Assembly (NCBI GenBank): GCA_964016885.1
Contig: OZ024744.1
Coordinates: 60,264,001-60,328,000 of the forward strand
Length of the DNA stretch: 64,000 bases
Direction: 5' to 3'
Source of the DNA: Eledone cirrhosa
Lineage: Eukaryota
Shown here: positions 25,994 to 39,960 of the stretch, one piece after another
Numbering within the stretch: the stretch's first letter is position 1
Layout of the letters: each line of letters starts with the position of its first letter
Position numbers and translations under genes: made by a program
Notes under the pieces: generated by a model
Databases searched by the model: none
What the model was told of the DNA's origin: nothing
What the model saw: only the letters and a program-made list of their open reading frames with translations

Positions 25994-27108
25994 ATGACAG
26001 GCGTTGTGAAGACAACCAATCTAACAGAAATAAACAACACCACAAATATACAAAATGGAAACCACAAAACAAAAATCAACAAGAATAATACACCCAATGA
26101 AAACAACAACAACACCAATAACAACAAAAACAACAGCAATATCAAAAGTTCATTTGCCAAAACAGTTGCAAAGCAACCTGAACATTTTGATATGGACATA
26201 TTGAATAAAAAACAATACTTAGCTGAGGCAGCTAAGTATATAACATATAATTATTTCTACTTTAGGCACAAGGCCAGCAATTACCCAGTACATTACTGGT
26301 ACTTTATTTTATCGACCCCGTAAGGATGAAAGGCAAAGTTAACCTCCGCGGGATTTGAACTCAGACTGTAAAGGGACGTAATTATGCTAGAAAGCATGGT
26401 GTCCAACCCTCTACCGATACTGCCAATCCACCGCCCTTATATAACATATAATGGAGACAGATCTTACATCAACATACCACCAGAAATGCCGGCAGCAACC
26501 CAGCACAAAACTTTAACTTACAGAACTATTTCGATACACACCAAAAAACCAGTGACACTTACAACACATGTGGTAGAGACCACACTAAAATATATAATGC
26601 CACATGTGATATACCTACAAGAGCCAAACAGTATGGGAGCATCTCGGTGATTTTCAAAAGCGAGGCTCTTGCACAAAAACACTCGGTCGCCCCTATAAAA
26701 ACAGACCAAGATGTCTTCTTCCCTACATAGAAGAACATTTAAAATAAAAATAATAGGAATCCCACCAGATGTGAACATGTGGTGGTTCCTGTCCAGTCTT
26801 TTAAAGGAGGACGAAGAGAGGGGAAAAGGTCCCAGTGTTACAAGTGTGGCAAAACCACACATGTAAAAGCCTTTTGCCCTTTACTAAACACACAAAAAAC
26901 AAACAAGGTGCTCCTGCCAACACCCAAATCAAACACGACACAGAGACTTCCAACATTTACAACACCACCACCACAAACTCTGACCTCCAAATTCACCAAC
27001 AACCCACAAGGAATCACTCTGAAAACATCCTCTTTGCCCCCTCCTCCCTTGTCAACACTCCCACAAACACCCACCCAAACACTCCACCACACAACATACC
27101 CCTTATAA
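25994..27108 (+). pseudogene. Decayed LINE ORF1-like sequence with a CCHC zinc knuckle (Tx1/L1-like, tentative), interrupted by a SINE
   Basis: Asn-rich N-terminus ending SSFAKTVA, followed by EGKRSQCYKCGKTTHVKAFCP (CX2CX4HX4C). Confidence 0.5.
26252..26437 (-). mobile_element. Nin/Deu-type SINE with TSD tatataacatataat
   Basis: Full-length reverse copy, with the direct repeat at ~26237 and ~26438. Confidence 0.87.
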
Positions 27109-27569
27109 ATTGTCAGCAGACCAATTATATTCAAATCTGGCATGCAAGTTCTTTAGACTCAAGAACAGGTTTTGCATTTTTAATCTCTATCTCTGTAGAC
27201 CAATTTGGCAGTCAATTTGTAGGAATGATGGTCATCTTGAGTTATAATCTTCACTATTTCTATGATGGAATGTGATGAAAAATAGAGAATGAAGAAGTGA
27301 GAATTTGAGAGAGAGTCTGCAGACGTGAATAGAGCGCTGAAAGCAAAAGATGGAACTAAGCAAGTACTTTAGCACATTCTAAGGGAAGTAACTTTGAGTG
27401 AGTCATGGTTGTAGTTTTGGCAGTGGTGACATCTCACTGCTACCATGACTGCCAACGTTATTTTTCCAAACTTAAGAATAAATTTAATAAGAATAAAGTT
27501 ACCATTGGTTTATGAATGAATGAAAGTTTATTTAAATCTGTATAAGTGTGGTAAATATATACATATATA

Positions 27570-27971
27570 CCCAATTACACCTCTCAAAGACAATGACACA
27601 CGACCGTGACTTCTGGCGTCACGCAGTAATACAGAGTACCCGACCTCCCATGGGTACATGCTGAAGCATATAAACAATATGCCCCCCCACCCACCCACCG
27701 CAAGGTGGTCGTGGAGGTGCCACGGCAAAAAAGCACCCAGCCCACACTGTAAAGTGGACGTGTAGGCGCCACGAAAAAGCACCCAGCACTCACTGTAAAT
27801 GAGGTTGGTGTTAGGAAGGGCATCCAGCTGTAGAAATCAAGCCAGATCAGTTCCTGTATGAGCAAGGCATGGTCAGCCGACCAGACACTGCACACAACAG
27901 GACAACCCGTCTAACCCATGCTAGCGTGGAAGAACGGACGTAAAACAGTGATGATGATGATGATGATGATA
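27570..27971 (+). mobile_element. RTE-related 3' UTR fragment with (TGA)n tail
   Basis: Reverse-complement homolog of 8150-8560, containing ggttggtgttaggaagggcatccagctgtagaaa and a cggacgtaaaa…tgatgat tail. Confidence 0.78.
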
Positions 27972-28599
27972 TACCAGAAACCAAACTCCCACTGTCCCTG
28001 CCTCCATCTCTCCCCATCTCCCCATCACTCACTATTATGAGCAAATGGTGGCCCACGCACTGGCTGCCCAGCAGCCCCGGCGGTCGGAATAGAGGATGGT
28101 GAGGGGGATGGTGAGGGAGATCGAGGGTCGCCCCTATGGGTAGCCAACTCTATGCTGATGGTGGTGAGTTGGGAGGTAGCCCTAGGGCCAAGGACACCAG
28201 AAGTCTCAATTGCTATGGGCTCAACAACAAACCTTTCAGAGAATGACTGATATTTGGAGATTTTACACTCCTTGGCCCAAAGTGCGGCAGATCCTGGATT
28301 AATTAAAATGTTTACACTGTAGCTTTCACCAACTTTTACCTCTATGGCAGTAGGACCTTATTTGAGGGAGATTTGTTTTCTATTTCTTTTAGGTACACCA
28401 ACAGTTATAGTGGCTTCCATGACATACACACACACACACACACACATGCATGAATGTGTGTAAGATTGTTCGCTGTGATTTGAAATGGATTTTGTTAATA
28501 TTTCTAGTAGATCGAGGTGTCACATACAACCTTACTTTTTTGCTTCATATATATATATATACTTGAGACAGTAGACTGGGGTATATAAGTCACTAACTT

Positions 28600-29170
28600 A
28601 AGTACGGTGATAAACACACACACACACTTGTCTCTAATTTAAGAACACTGAGAGACAGACGCATGCGTGTGCACATACTAACATGCTCACATACACAATG
28701 ACATCTTTTGTGAAAGAGGGAGAGAAAGAGAAATAACGTTAAGAAAGGAGTTAGTTAAGAAGCGTTTAAAAAATAAATAAATAAAAGTTAGTTATCGAAC
28801 TATGCTGTCATTTTTCTGTTTTCTTTCTCTCGCTTTCTTTCTTTGGCTCGCTTTCTCTCTCTTATCCTCTTTCTCTCTCATCTCCTCACTCTCTTATCTC
28901 CTCTCTCTCTTTCTCTACAGAATGAAGAACAAAAAAACAAATAAGTTGTTGCCTCATTTTGGAGGAATAAGTTGTGGGAGGAGAAAGAGTAGTGGGAGGG
29001 AGTGTTTAATGTCCCCAGGCGTTCTGTTATTGATTTTTATTGAAATCCAATTAGCTAGTCCTGTTTCTGAATATTAGCTTAACTTGTGTGTTAAGTTTCA
29101 TCAGGATTGGATCACTGGTTTAGACGCCAACTGGTTACACACAGACAGAAATTGTCATTTATATAGTAGA
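28600..29170 (-). mobile_element. Probable non-autonomous Helitron-like repeat
   Basis: Minus strand starts A|TCTACTATATAAATGACAATTTCTGTCTG at 29170. The segment 28730-28930 is homologous, in inverted orientation, to ~42980-43160. Confidence 0.45.
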
Positions 29171-29299
29171 TATGTCAGATGTAAATGAGTATTAAGTGTG
29201 TGTCTATATATACGTAAATGTTTATATAGGTATGTATATGTATATATATATATTTACATATGTGGGGTTTGTAAAGGTTGTGTTAAGAAATCTCTGTAA

Positions 29300-29885
29300 T
29301 GGTATACAGTCGCCATTTCTCATTCCACCCGCCAACCCTACCTCCGCCACCTTCTGGTATGCATGCCTGATGCCATATGCCCACTTCCTCATGCATATAG
29401 CACCTTAATCCTACTCCCCCAAAACCTCTTCATCGCTTTCTCCTCCCCCCATATGATAAATGTAGACTCACTTAGATTATCTTAATATAGTTGAATAGTG
29501 GCCCAGAACTGCTCAGGGCAGTCATGGGGTGGACGGAGGTCCTGTAAGCTGTAGTATAGGCAACCCGTCTAGGAGAGCTACCACTCCAAATAAATTGATG
29601 TGGGGGTAGAGAAGCCCCTAAGTCCAGTAAGACGACTTCTCTAGTGATGATGGCATGAATAAAAGCACCCAGTCCATGCTGTAAAGTGGTATTGGTGAAA
29701 GGAAGGGCATCCAACCAGTATATTAATGCCAAAAATTATGAGTACAACATACAAATATAGCAATAATTGCATAAACAATTGTTGGAGCGTTAGGACTGTG
29801 CACGGTAATGGGGTGGCTAGTGCGGTCATGTGCGAGAAGTCTCCGACTGTCATCAAGCAACGACACAACAACAACAACAGTAATA
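29300..29885 (+). mobile_element. RTE LINE 5' UTR fragment
   Basis: Homologous to 23400-24120 and 32820-33380 (ggcaacccgtctaggagagc, aagcacccagtccatgctgtaaagtgg). Confidence 0.75.
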
Positions 29886-30519
29886 ATGATGATAATGATT
29901 CTAAATATTATGGATACACTGGAGTAGATGGTGGTCAAGAAACTGTAGCGAGACATGATTGTACTATTTTATCGCTGTGGCATAATTTAGTCGTGCTTGG
30001 TCAGCCACCAACCCTGTAGCGTTGGTGACGTATGAATACAAGTGACCATTTCTGTCCAGCAGTAGAATGTGCTTTTTTAAAAAAGTAGTTGCATTTTGGA
30101 CGCTGCTAGTGCAACAGCTCTTAACTAGCTTTCTCGCTGTTTTTTATTTTTCTCTCTAACATTGAGAGTAGTTCGTTAGGCGGCCTTTCAAAGATTTACC
30201 GTTTATCCATCAATTTGTTTTACCAAATATTCTAATCCCTTACTGATGCAACATTATTATCATTCCTACAACCAACTTTGATAGTGACAGTAATTAAGGA
30301 TAAATTAGTGCCTGTCTCACTACATTTGTAGCCTACTAAAAAAAAACATTCATTTCACTAACATCTTCACAGAGAAAACCTTGCTGCATACATTTTGTTC
30401 ACGTGTTCAAACCAATAAAAAAATAAATTATTATATACTTTTTGAACCATTGGAACACTTCTTCTACATCTCCATCTTCCTAAAGTGGCAATCTGGCTAA
30501 AAAGTGATAATGACTACTA

Positions 30520-31273
30520 AAAAACGAAGGAGTGAGGCTTCTTGAATTTTGTGATGTACGTGAACTAACCTTTTGCAAAACTAACTTCAGGAAACCTGCC
30601 AATCACCTAATAACCAGGGGAGCACATAAGTCAGATTGATTTCTTGCTAGTTAGGTAATGAGACAGACAGATAGTTTCGAATACTAATGCATACCCTGGG
30701 AAATAATGTACCCCACAACATAAGTTAGTCATTAGGGTGTTCCGAGGCCATAGTATCTAGAATAAAGACAGGATGGAAGATGTTTAGGGAGCTGCTTCCT
30801 CTGTTGACAATGAAGGGTTTCTCCCTACAAACAATGATACCTGTGTGAGATGCGCGATGCTGCATAGTAGTGAGAGATGGGCAGCACTGCAGAGGATATG
30901 CAATGGTTGGAGAGAAATGAAGCAAGCATGCTCCATTGGATGTGCAATGTCAATATGCATGAACAACCAAGCAGAGACAAGTTGAGAGTGAAACTGTACA
31001 AGAGGGATACACTGTAGTGTGCGGGAGAGAAGACTGTTGGTTAGGACATGTGATGAGCATGGAAGATGACCGCTGGGTGAAGAAGTGCCAAGAAATCCCG
31101 GTGGAAGGAAGACACAGTAGAGGAAAACTACAAAAAACTTGGGCGGAGGTGGTGAGAGCTGACCTCAGATCGCTGAAGCTCACAGAGGAGATGATGAGGG
31201 ACTGTGACAAATGGAGAGATGCAACCAGGCAAAAGCGAACATAAAATAATTATGATGATGATGATGATGATGA
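30520..31273 (+). mobile_element. Internally deleted RTE LINE (APE piece fused to RT C-terminus, (TGA)n tail)
   Basis: VRLLEFCD…CTPQHKLV joins directly at ~30733 to CSEAIVSRIKTGWK…GHVMSMEDDRWVKKC. Confidence 0.82.
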
Positions 31274-32208
31274 CTCTCAATGATTTAAGACATTTTCATT
31301 TAAGACATATTGCAAGTACTGTTCACTTCATGTTCAGTATTCTGTTAAAAACCTGTGAAATTGGTGATCCAATCAGTTTATGGCTAAAGTATAAAGATGA
31401 ACTGTCAGACAATTATATGCATCAAGTACAACAGAGATTTCCTGACAATACTTTAGGTTAGAATGATAAAATTTACAATAGTGCATTGATCAACATAGAA
31501 AACAATCTCCTGGGTATTGGAGAAGTGCTCCAAAATTACAGACTTTCTAAAGTTATTCTTGTCAATGAAAACAGACTAAGATCTAAAGTACTCTGAGAAA
31601 CAAATTACAATATTGATGATTTGGCAAAATGTGAAAGAAAATGAAGAAAAGCTACTTCCTCATCAAATAGAAGCATATGAATCATGAGAAGGGTTGAATA
31701 TTCTTTCTTTCTAAATGAACTGGGAGGAACTGGAAAGACATTTGTTACAAAACTACTTTTGGCAAATGTTAGACAGCAAAGAGGAATTACCATTGTAGTT
31801 GCATCATCAGGCATAGCTACAACCCTTCTCCCAGGAGGCCATACATCCCATTCAATTTTCAAACTTCCATTAGATATGTGGTCTAATGAAAATCCTGTGT
31901 GAAATATTAACAACAATTCAGAAAGAGCTGAAATTCTCAGAAGATGCCAATTGATAATATGGGGTGTAAGTACAATGGCACATAAGAGAGCTTTGAAGCT
32001 GTTGACAGATCATTGCGAGATATTTGAAATAATGATTTTCTAATGGGAGGTGTGACAGTTGTTATATCTGGTGATTTTAAACAAACCCTTCCAGTTATTC
32101 CAAAGGGAACGAAAGCCGATGAAATGCATGCATGTTTTAAATCATTGCAACTCTGGCACTACATAAAAGTACTGAAGCTTGAAACAAATATTCAAGCATA
32201 TCTCAGAT

Positions 32209-32492
32209 AGGGCCCCTGAGTCCAGTAAGATGACCTCTCTAGTGCTGGTGGCATGACTAAAAGCACCCAGTCCATGCTGTAAAATGGAGGGGTGGTTAGG
32301 GCCCCTGAGTCCAGTAAGGCAACTTCTCTAGTGCTGGTGGCACGAATAAAAGCACCCATCCATGCTGTAAAATGGAAGGGTAAAGAGGGCCCCTGAGTCC
32401 AGTAAGATAACCTCTCTAGTGTTGGTGGCACGAATCAAAACACCTAGTCCATGCTGTAATATGGAGGTGTAAAGAGGGCCCCTGAGTCCAGT
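32209..32492 (+). repeat. ~88-bp tandem repeat (about 3.2 copies) of the RTE 5' UTR monomer
   Basis: The unit agggcccctgagtccagtaag…tctctagtg(c/t)tggtggca…ccatgctgtaa is repeated. It also occurs at 33025-33190, 23720-23930 and 29610-29690. Confidence 0.85.
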
Positions 32493-32819
32493 TACATTAG
32501 GCTGATTCACTGTGTAACAAAAAAATTTGTTTTCTCTGTTCCTGGCTTGTAATCACTTTTTTTGTGTTGCTTAGGTCCCAAATAAATTTTAAAAAAAGTG
32601 CTATTAAACAGTTAAAAGTTTGGGTTTGTAAAAATTCTAAGCTATTCACTAGAATTATTTGTATACTGGCTTTTACATTGTATGTAAGTTTAATTTTCTT
32701 ATGTTAAATGATTTTTTTATATATGTTTCAGGTTAAATTAAAATTATAAAATAAAGAGTAATACCTAAAGAAAATTATAAAATCGAATAGCTGTGTTTAA
32801 AATAACAGAGGCTAGGAAA

Positions 32820-35800
32820 TCGCCATTTTCATCTCACCCACCTGCCCTATATCTATCACCTGCTGGTATGCATGCCTGGCGCTGTACGCTAAATACTCAT
32901 GCACATAGCCCGTTAAACCAAGTTCCGCTCAGCGCAGACTTGGGGCGAACGGAGGCTCTGTAAGCCGTAACGTAGGCAACCCGTCTAGGAGAGCTATGAC
33001 TCTGAATAAATTGGTGCGGGGTAGAGAAGTCCCCTAAGTCCAGTAAGACAACTTCCTAGTACTGGTGACATGAATAAATGCACCCAGTCCATGCTGTCAA
33101 ATGGAGAGGTAGTGAGGGCCCCTGAGTCCAGTAAGACAACCTCTCTAGTGGTGGTGGCACGAATAAAGCACCCAGTCCATGCTGTAAAGTGGTGCTGGTG
33201 TTAGGAAGGCATCCAACCAGTATGTATTAATGCCAATAACTATGAGCACAACATATGAGAATTGCAACAACTGCGTCAACAGCAATAACACTAACCATGT
33301 TAGAGCTGCGCACGGTAGTGGGGTGGCTGGTGCGGCCATGTGCGAGAACCCCCCGACCGTCATCAAGCAATCGCACAACTGGAAAAAGAACGAGACGTTG
33401 CATCTCAGAGTTGCCACACTTAATGTTGGCACTCTAACAGGTAGATCTGGTGAGATTGTAGAGATGCTGGAGAGAAGGCATGTGGATGTGTGCTGTGTGC
33501 AAGAGGCGAGATGGAGAGGTGCCTCTGCAAGACTAATCGCAGGCAAACATTGTAGTTATAAGCTTTTCTGGATGGGTAATGATGGGTTAGGTGGGGTGGG
33601 CATATTACTGGCTGAGAGATGGATCAATAAGACAATAGAGGAAGTTAGAGTTAGTAATAGAATAATTAAGCTTAGATTAGTTGTAGGCAAGATACTACTG
33701 ATAATCATTTCTGCCTATGCTCCCCAGACAGGCCTAGGTAAAGAAGAGAAAGACTGCTTTTACGAGCAACTTTTCCAAAACAGCCTCAATGACAGAGGAC
33801 GGAGACATCGTTATGCTAGCGGGGGACTTCAATGGACATGTTGGACAGCTCCAGGATGGATACACTGGGATACATAGTGGGCACGGTTACGGCTCAAGAA
33901 ATGAAGGAGTGAGGCTTCTTGAATTTTGAGATGCAAATGCACTAACCATTTGCAACACTAACTTCCAGAAGCCTACCAACCATCTAATAACCTACAGATC
34001 AGGCAAGCACATAAGCCAGATTGACTTCCTGCTAGTTAGACAGTGAGACAGACGGATGGTGTCAAATACTAAGGCTTACCCTGGGGAAGAATGTACCCCA
34101 CAGCATAGGTTAGTCGTTAGTGACATCTCAGTAAGCAAGAGAAAGAATGAGACATACAGGAAGGTGTGGAAAAGAAAGGTCTAGAAGCTAAAAGACCTCT
34201 CATCAAAATATAAATTTAGGAAAGCCTTTCAAGGTGTGTACAACGAAAAAGAAGACGATTTAGAGTTGTATGACATAGATGATAACTGGAATTTCTTGCG
34301 TGACAACTTACTGCAGGCTGCTGAAGAAACTTGTGGTTGGGGCAGAGCTTCCACCAGACAGAGAGTGACCTGGTGGTGGAACAGCACAGTAGATAGGGCC
34401 ATTAGAGACAAAAGACTGGCACGGAAAGCTTGGAAAAATGGTGGGAGTAGAGATGGATACACAACCGCTAAGAGAGAAGATAGACGTCAGGTGTACTTAG
34501 CACGCAGGGAGGCTGAGAGTAGGAGCTTTGCCAATGTTCTGCAATGGGAAGATCAGAAACGTGCGGTGTTCTGCATTGCAAGGCAGTGTGTCAGTGCAAA
34601 TCAGGATGTTGTTGGAGATAAGTTTGTCCGGAATGATGCCGGTGTACTTAGTGTCCCGAATGATCAAAAGAAGGAGACCTGGAAATGTCATTATGAGAGA
34701 CTGATGAATGTAGAGAACGAATGGGACAGAGAGAAATTACCCCCAGTATACCCAACAGAGGGACCAGCTATTGAGATTGATAAATATAGGGTACAAGAGG
34801 CAATTAAAGAAATGAAGAATGGTAAGGCTGTTGGGCCATCAGGTTATAGTTGCTGAGATGCTGAAGGCTTCAGGAGAAGTAGGCATTAAACTAGTTGCAC
34901 GCATCATTAATCAGACTATATATGGCAGTGTCATACCCAAAGACTGGTGGAGCAGTATTCTCATGAATTGGTAAAGGGGATGCTCTAGTGAGGAGCAATT
35001 ATAGGGGCATAAAGCTGATGGGGCAGGTTATGAAAGTGGCAGAGAGAATATTAGCGCAACTGATTAAAGAAAGGGTCAATTTAGATGAGATGCAGTTTGG
35101 TTTTGTGCCTCGGAAAAGTACAACCTCTTCATAGTGAGGCAACTACAAGAGAGGTTCTTAGAGAAGAATAAGCCACTATACTTAGCTTTTGTTGACCTAG
35201 AGAATGCCTTTGATAGGGTACCCCAATCTGTCATCTGGTGGTCCCTAAGGAAACTAGGGGTAGAGGAATGGCTTGTGAGGACAGTGCAAGCTATGTACAG
35301 GGGTGCTGTCAGTAAAGTGAGAATAGGAATGGAGTTTAGTGAAGAATTCCAGATACAAGTAGGAGTACATAGTCCTCCAAGCCATAACAGAGGAGTTTAA
35401 GACTGGATGCTCATGGGAACTTCTTTATGCTGATGATCTGGTTCTTATGGCAGAATCAGTAGAGGAGCTAGAGAATAAATTCTGGCTATGGAACAGCAGT
35501 TGGAATCAAGAGGACTGAGAGTGAACATAGCTAAAACAAAAGTGTTGATGAGTAGAAAAGAGGACTAAACTCTGATTCCATCAGGGAAATGGCCATGTTC
35601 GATATGTAGAAAAGGAACTGGCATAAATTCCATAAAATGTATGCAATGCAGAGCTTGGGTACACAAGAGATGTAGTGGTATAGCAGGCAAACTAACAGGT
35701 AGGGAAAACTATGTATTCAGTAGATGTACAGGGAATGTTAGCAGTAGTAATCGCTGTGATAGACTCATTTTTCCAATGCAGGTGGGTTCTATAGAAGTGG

Positions 35801-36167
35801 TTGATAGCTTCCGGTACCTAGGTGATCAGATTAGCATGGGAGGGGGTGTTCCGAGGCCATAGTATCTAGAATAAGGACGGGTTGGAAGAAGTTTAGGGAG
35901 CTGCTCCCTCTGTTGACAAAGACGGGTTTCTCCTTGCATACGAAGAGAAGGCTGAGATGGTATGGACATGTGATGCGCATGGAGGATGACCGCTGGGTGA
36001 AGAAGTGCCAGGAATCCGGAGGGAAGACGCCGTTGAGGTAGACCACGAAAAACATGGGTGGAGGTGGTGAGAGCAGACCTCAGATCGCTGAAACTCACGG
36101 AGGAGATGACGAAGGACCGTGATGGGTGGAGAGATGCAAGCAGGGAAAAGCGGATGTAAAATGATGA
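32820..36167 (+). mobile_element. Near full-length RTE LINE (5' UTR, APE, RT), inactivated
   Basis: ORF pieces 33230-33877, 34236-34856, 35134-35400 and 35641-35862 are closely similar to the copy at 3496-6572. YADD lies at ~35426, and the element ends cggatgtaaaatgatga. Confidence 0.92.
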
Positions 36168-36479
36168 TCTCCCTGGTGATAGATTATCTGAACAGTTTGC
36201 TCAAGATTTATTAATACTGAGAAAAGGAAGAGTAACTGCAGACAATGAAGTTGCAATAAATCTATTACTTATTTGCAAAATGGCAAAATCAGAGAAAACA
36301 ATTAATAAAATCTTCCAAAATCTCAGTACACAACATAAGGATACAAATGGTTGAGCAGGCACACTAAAAGACCAAAGTTTATTGCATTGTTATATTTTGC
36401 AGGGCTAGAGCCCCCAAAAATATAACAGTGAATGCAGGATGAAAATCAAAACCTGACAAAGGGTGGAAGAACTCATGAG

Positions 36480-38700
36480 AGTTAACAACCATCCAATTGT
36501 GTGTACAAACGCAACAAACACGACAACACTAACCCCACCGACTCAATGAACACCTCCACTCTTGACTCGCAGACCAATGACAACCTACACTTTCTCACAG
36601 ATCTAACCGGGTCTCTTTTCGATGATGAAATGCAACTCCTGCATCTCGGACCCAAGTTCATCCTGACGCAGTAACTCGATGACAGGCTCAGACTCGACAT
36701 TGAGGCCAATTTCTACAGAGCCGCCTACAAACTCAAATGGTTGTCTTTCATCGACACTTCCGAGACTTCCACAATGAACTCAATATTCCCCACTTACCAT
36801 CTCGACAACTTACTACACCCTCCACCCGCCAACCGTGATCTCGAGAATAAACTCTCACAGTTAAAACTTACCATTACTAACATCCTACAAAAACACACAC
36901 ATACTCACCACAACCTCTCCAGACCACAACTCGTTACCCTAAGCAACCTCAGATCTAAGAACCTTGTATACCTCCCATCGGACAAGGGAAAATAGTTTTG
37001 TGTTATTAACAGAGAGGCCTACAACAACCTAACCCACCAACATCTTAACGATGACAGTCTCTACTTGGAAGTCACTGGAATTACACCCGCGCTGATAGAG
37101 AACCGGATCAACGCTGCTTGGACCAACATCTGTGACCGACAAAGGCTCCCGAAAAGATTCCAGTACAACTACATAACAAGAAACAGCAGGCTGCCCAACT
37201 TCTACCATCTGATCAAAACCCACAAGGAAGGACCCAACCTGAAAATTAGACCCATTGTCTCCAGTGTTGAAGGACCATCATATAAAATCTCTTGGCTTCT
37301 GTTCAAGATTTTAAAGCTCCTTCCCGGGCCACGTCTATAGTTTAGAGGATGTCATTCAGCGACTCAACCTACTAGAACTCGACACCCTCAAATCCAACAG
37401 GTACGCCTTCAGCCTAGATGTAGTATCCCTCTACACATCGGTACCTGCACTCTCGACAGTGGACATACTCACTGAATGTGTCGGTTTCAGTGACCTGGAT
37501 TGGTTCGGCCTCACCACCACCGACATACCCCAGCTCCTATCCATCATTGTCAACAACACCTTTTTCGACTTCCTGGGACAAACCTACTGACAGACCTCTG
37601 GACTACCCATGGGAAACCATCAATGCCATGCGCAAAGCCATTAAAAGAGAGGGCTTCAATATCAAACTAGCTTGCTCTGGACCTTCCCTGTAAAGATGCC
37701 TCTCCACAAGATAACCTTCAATGAAGATAACGTATGCACCCTAGCCAATTGCCCTATCCGCAACATTAATTGTTGCCTATGTACCTACGTAGTATACAGG
37801 CTTGAATGTAACAAGTGCAATCTATTTTACATAGGCAGCACTATTCGACAGTTACATCTCCGTATTAGAGAGCATGTTAACACCAACTTCTCTTCCTTCC
37901 ACAAACACATCTTCAAATGTGGAAACTGGGACAACATTACCACCACAGTCTTAGCTACCAAACGCAGTATAGGACACTGAGAATTAAGGAAGCCCTCTTA
38001 ATCAAGCAATTAAAACCTAGGATCAATAATCGAATGAAAAGAAGTGCACCAGAATGGCTAATTTAAAAGCGAGTATTCCAACATCCCAACGGCCAGTTTC
38101 ATTCTTTCTTTCTTTCAAATTAATTATATGTTCTCACTAGGCAAACACACTTAGACTCACACACACACACATACATATATCACACACATTTTTCACATTT
38201 TATTATATACATATTCGCACACATCTTTCACTACATAAATTTACATTGTTGCACACACATACATTCACGTACACACATGCATATATCATACATATATAAT
38301 TGTTTCTACTTTTGGCACAAGGCTAGCAATTATCCCAGTGTATTACTGGTACTTTATTTTACCGTAAGGATGAAAGGCAAAGTTAACCTTGGCAGGATTT
38401 GAACTCAGACTGTAAAGGGCCGTAACTCATTGCTGGAAAGCATGGCGTCCGAACTTCTACCGATACTGCCAATCCACTGCCCTATATCATACATATATCA
38501 TACATTTCACAATGCGCATGTCAAAATTTTAATATCTTTTCATTTCATTTAACTTAAATCTGTTTCCATACAAGCAAGTCAATCCGATCAATTTTTAAGT
38601 CTCTCATAAGGTTACTCCCTTGATAATGGGTTTTTAAACCTGAAAATATTTGGGATTGTTAAATTTGCTAAGGTAAGATTCTTTTGTTATCTTGGAAATT
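36480..38700 (+). mobile_element. Penelope-like element remnant (RT + GIY-YIG) with degenerate pseudo-LTR
   Basis: YLPSDKG, LPNFYHLIKTHK…IRPIVSS, FSLDVVSLYTSVP, SGLPMG and VVYRLECNKCNLFYIGSTIRQLHLRIREH. A decayed hammerhead-like motif lies at 38616-38655. Confidence 0.82.
38298..38482 (-). mobile_element. Nin/Deu-type SINE with TSD tatatcatacatatat
   Basis: Reverse SINE copy, with the direct repeat at ~38282 and ~38483. Confidence 0.85.
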
Positions 38701-38809
38701 TATCATTCTTCATATGCATTGTTTTGGTCTTCAAAATTTGAATTTGTGTTTCCTATTCAACAATGCTTCAAGCAAGCTATAAAACTCTGATATATATATG
38801 TTAATTTAA

Positions 38810-39960
38810 GAGTGTGCAGAGCTGTTGTAGCTTTCACTGGTTGGCACTCAGTGGTCTTTTGTAGCATCTGCATGTGTCCCAGTGACTGTTTAGGATGTCA
38901 CTCAGAGAACTGATGATACACAATATACGTTCATTCAAGCTGAGCACCTAGCTTCTCCAGTTCAAAGACTGACCTGTGGGGTGAAGAGCAACATCATACA
39001 TGAGGTGCCTCTGATGTGGCTATCATGGGATAGTCTAGCAAAACAGGTCAGTTCTAGAGGAGTAAGCCTTGATAACAATCCCGCTTGTCTCATAGTAAGC
39101 AGTAGTTCATGCAGTGACGATCATTTTAATTAGATGAGCTCGGTGTTGTGAACACCGCTGACTTCACAGATGATTGACTATCAATTCAACAATGGCTTGG
39201 TACAACTGCCCCAGTTAGTGGAAATATATATGAGTATGCAGGAGTAGTGAGTCACATATATTCTAGCCATAATGTTACTCGATAGAGTGCATAACTTGGG
39301 GATTAGGAAATCACACCAGGTAGAGCTGCTGCTTCTCTGTGTCAGGAGATTATAGTTCCAATACTACAGACATGTCTCAGGAAGGAGTTGCTACAGAGAT
39401 TTTACAGGCAAAACCAGGGTTTCTCGCTTCTTCTCTATCACTCTCTCTCTCCTTTTTATTTCCTCTCTATTACACTTTCTCCTTCTCAAGAAGTAATCGA
39501 CTGTGTTCAGGCCTGGTTTGGGAGATGGGCTCTGCCATATTTTTAAAATACACAAGAACTGCTGTATGTCATTAGTGTCCTTACAACTCCACCAGGAATT
39601 ACAGGTCAAAGAAGTTATAATTACACGGAAGTGTGTGGCCTTGTAGTGAAAGAAATGTTCTAGCAGTTCCTCTCACTGACATGGCCTCCGACAAGTGACC
39701 TCCGACCCCGCTGAGAGGACAACACATAAATTCTCAAAGGCTAGGTTTGATGATGCCATTCCTATGAAAGAGAACGCAGTGGGAGGCCATCTCTCTTTGA
39801 TCAAAAATAACTAGCGTTCAATAAATAGGCTGTTATGGAACGCAGACAGAGAGATAATTTTCTGTTACAAAAGAGGTGACTCCCTGGTCACTTGGCTTTT
39901 AACTTCTATGGTAATACTAATGACAGATGATAGCCTGGCACCTTCTATTTCAGCATAACA
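38810..39960 (-). mobile_element. Old LINE remnant, possibly Ingi/Vingi-like
   Basis: Minus-strand fragments (TGEARC…HPKQSLGH; HREAAA) loosely resemble Ingi/Vingi C-termini. Heavily decayed. Confidence 0.3.

Larger units (their letters stand above)
31275..36360 (+). mobile_element. Helitron Pif1-helicase fragment split by a ~4-kb RTE-derived insertion
   Basis: GGTGKTFVTKLLL…VASSGIATTLLPGGHTSHSIFKLP…LETNIQAYL stops at ~32205 and resumes as PGDRLSEQFAQDLL at ~36171. The short repeat atctc lies at both junctions. Confidence 0.75.

Noticed and set aside
28860-28945. Polypyrimidine tract + CAG + AATG resembling a host splice acceptor and exon
   Set aside because: The same sequence recurs inverted at ~42980-43010 as part of a dispersed repeat, and there is no convincing coding exon or donor site.
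29340-29540. Possible HDV-like ribozyme in the RTE 5' UTR (cctccg…cggagg pairing; ggcgaac in other copies)
   Set aside because: I could not build P1 or P1.1, and the pairing is not conserved in the copies at 23430 and 32850. A covariance search would be needed.
38616-38655. Hammerhead-like motif downstream of the Penelope remnant
   Set aside because: The core reads TTGATAA or CTTGATAA rather than CTGANGA, so it is probably a dead relic and is not called as a ribozyme.
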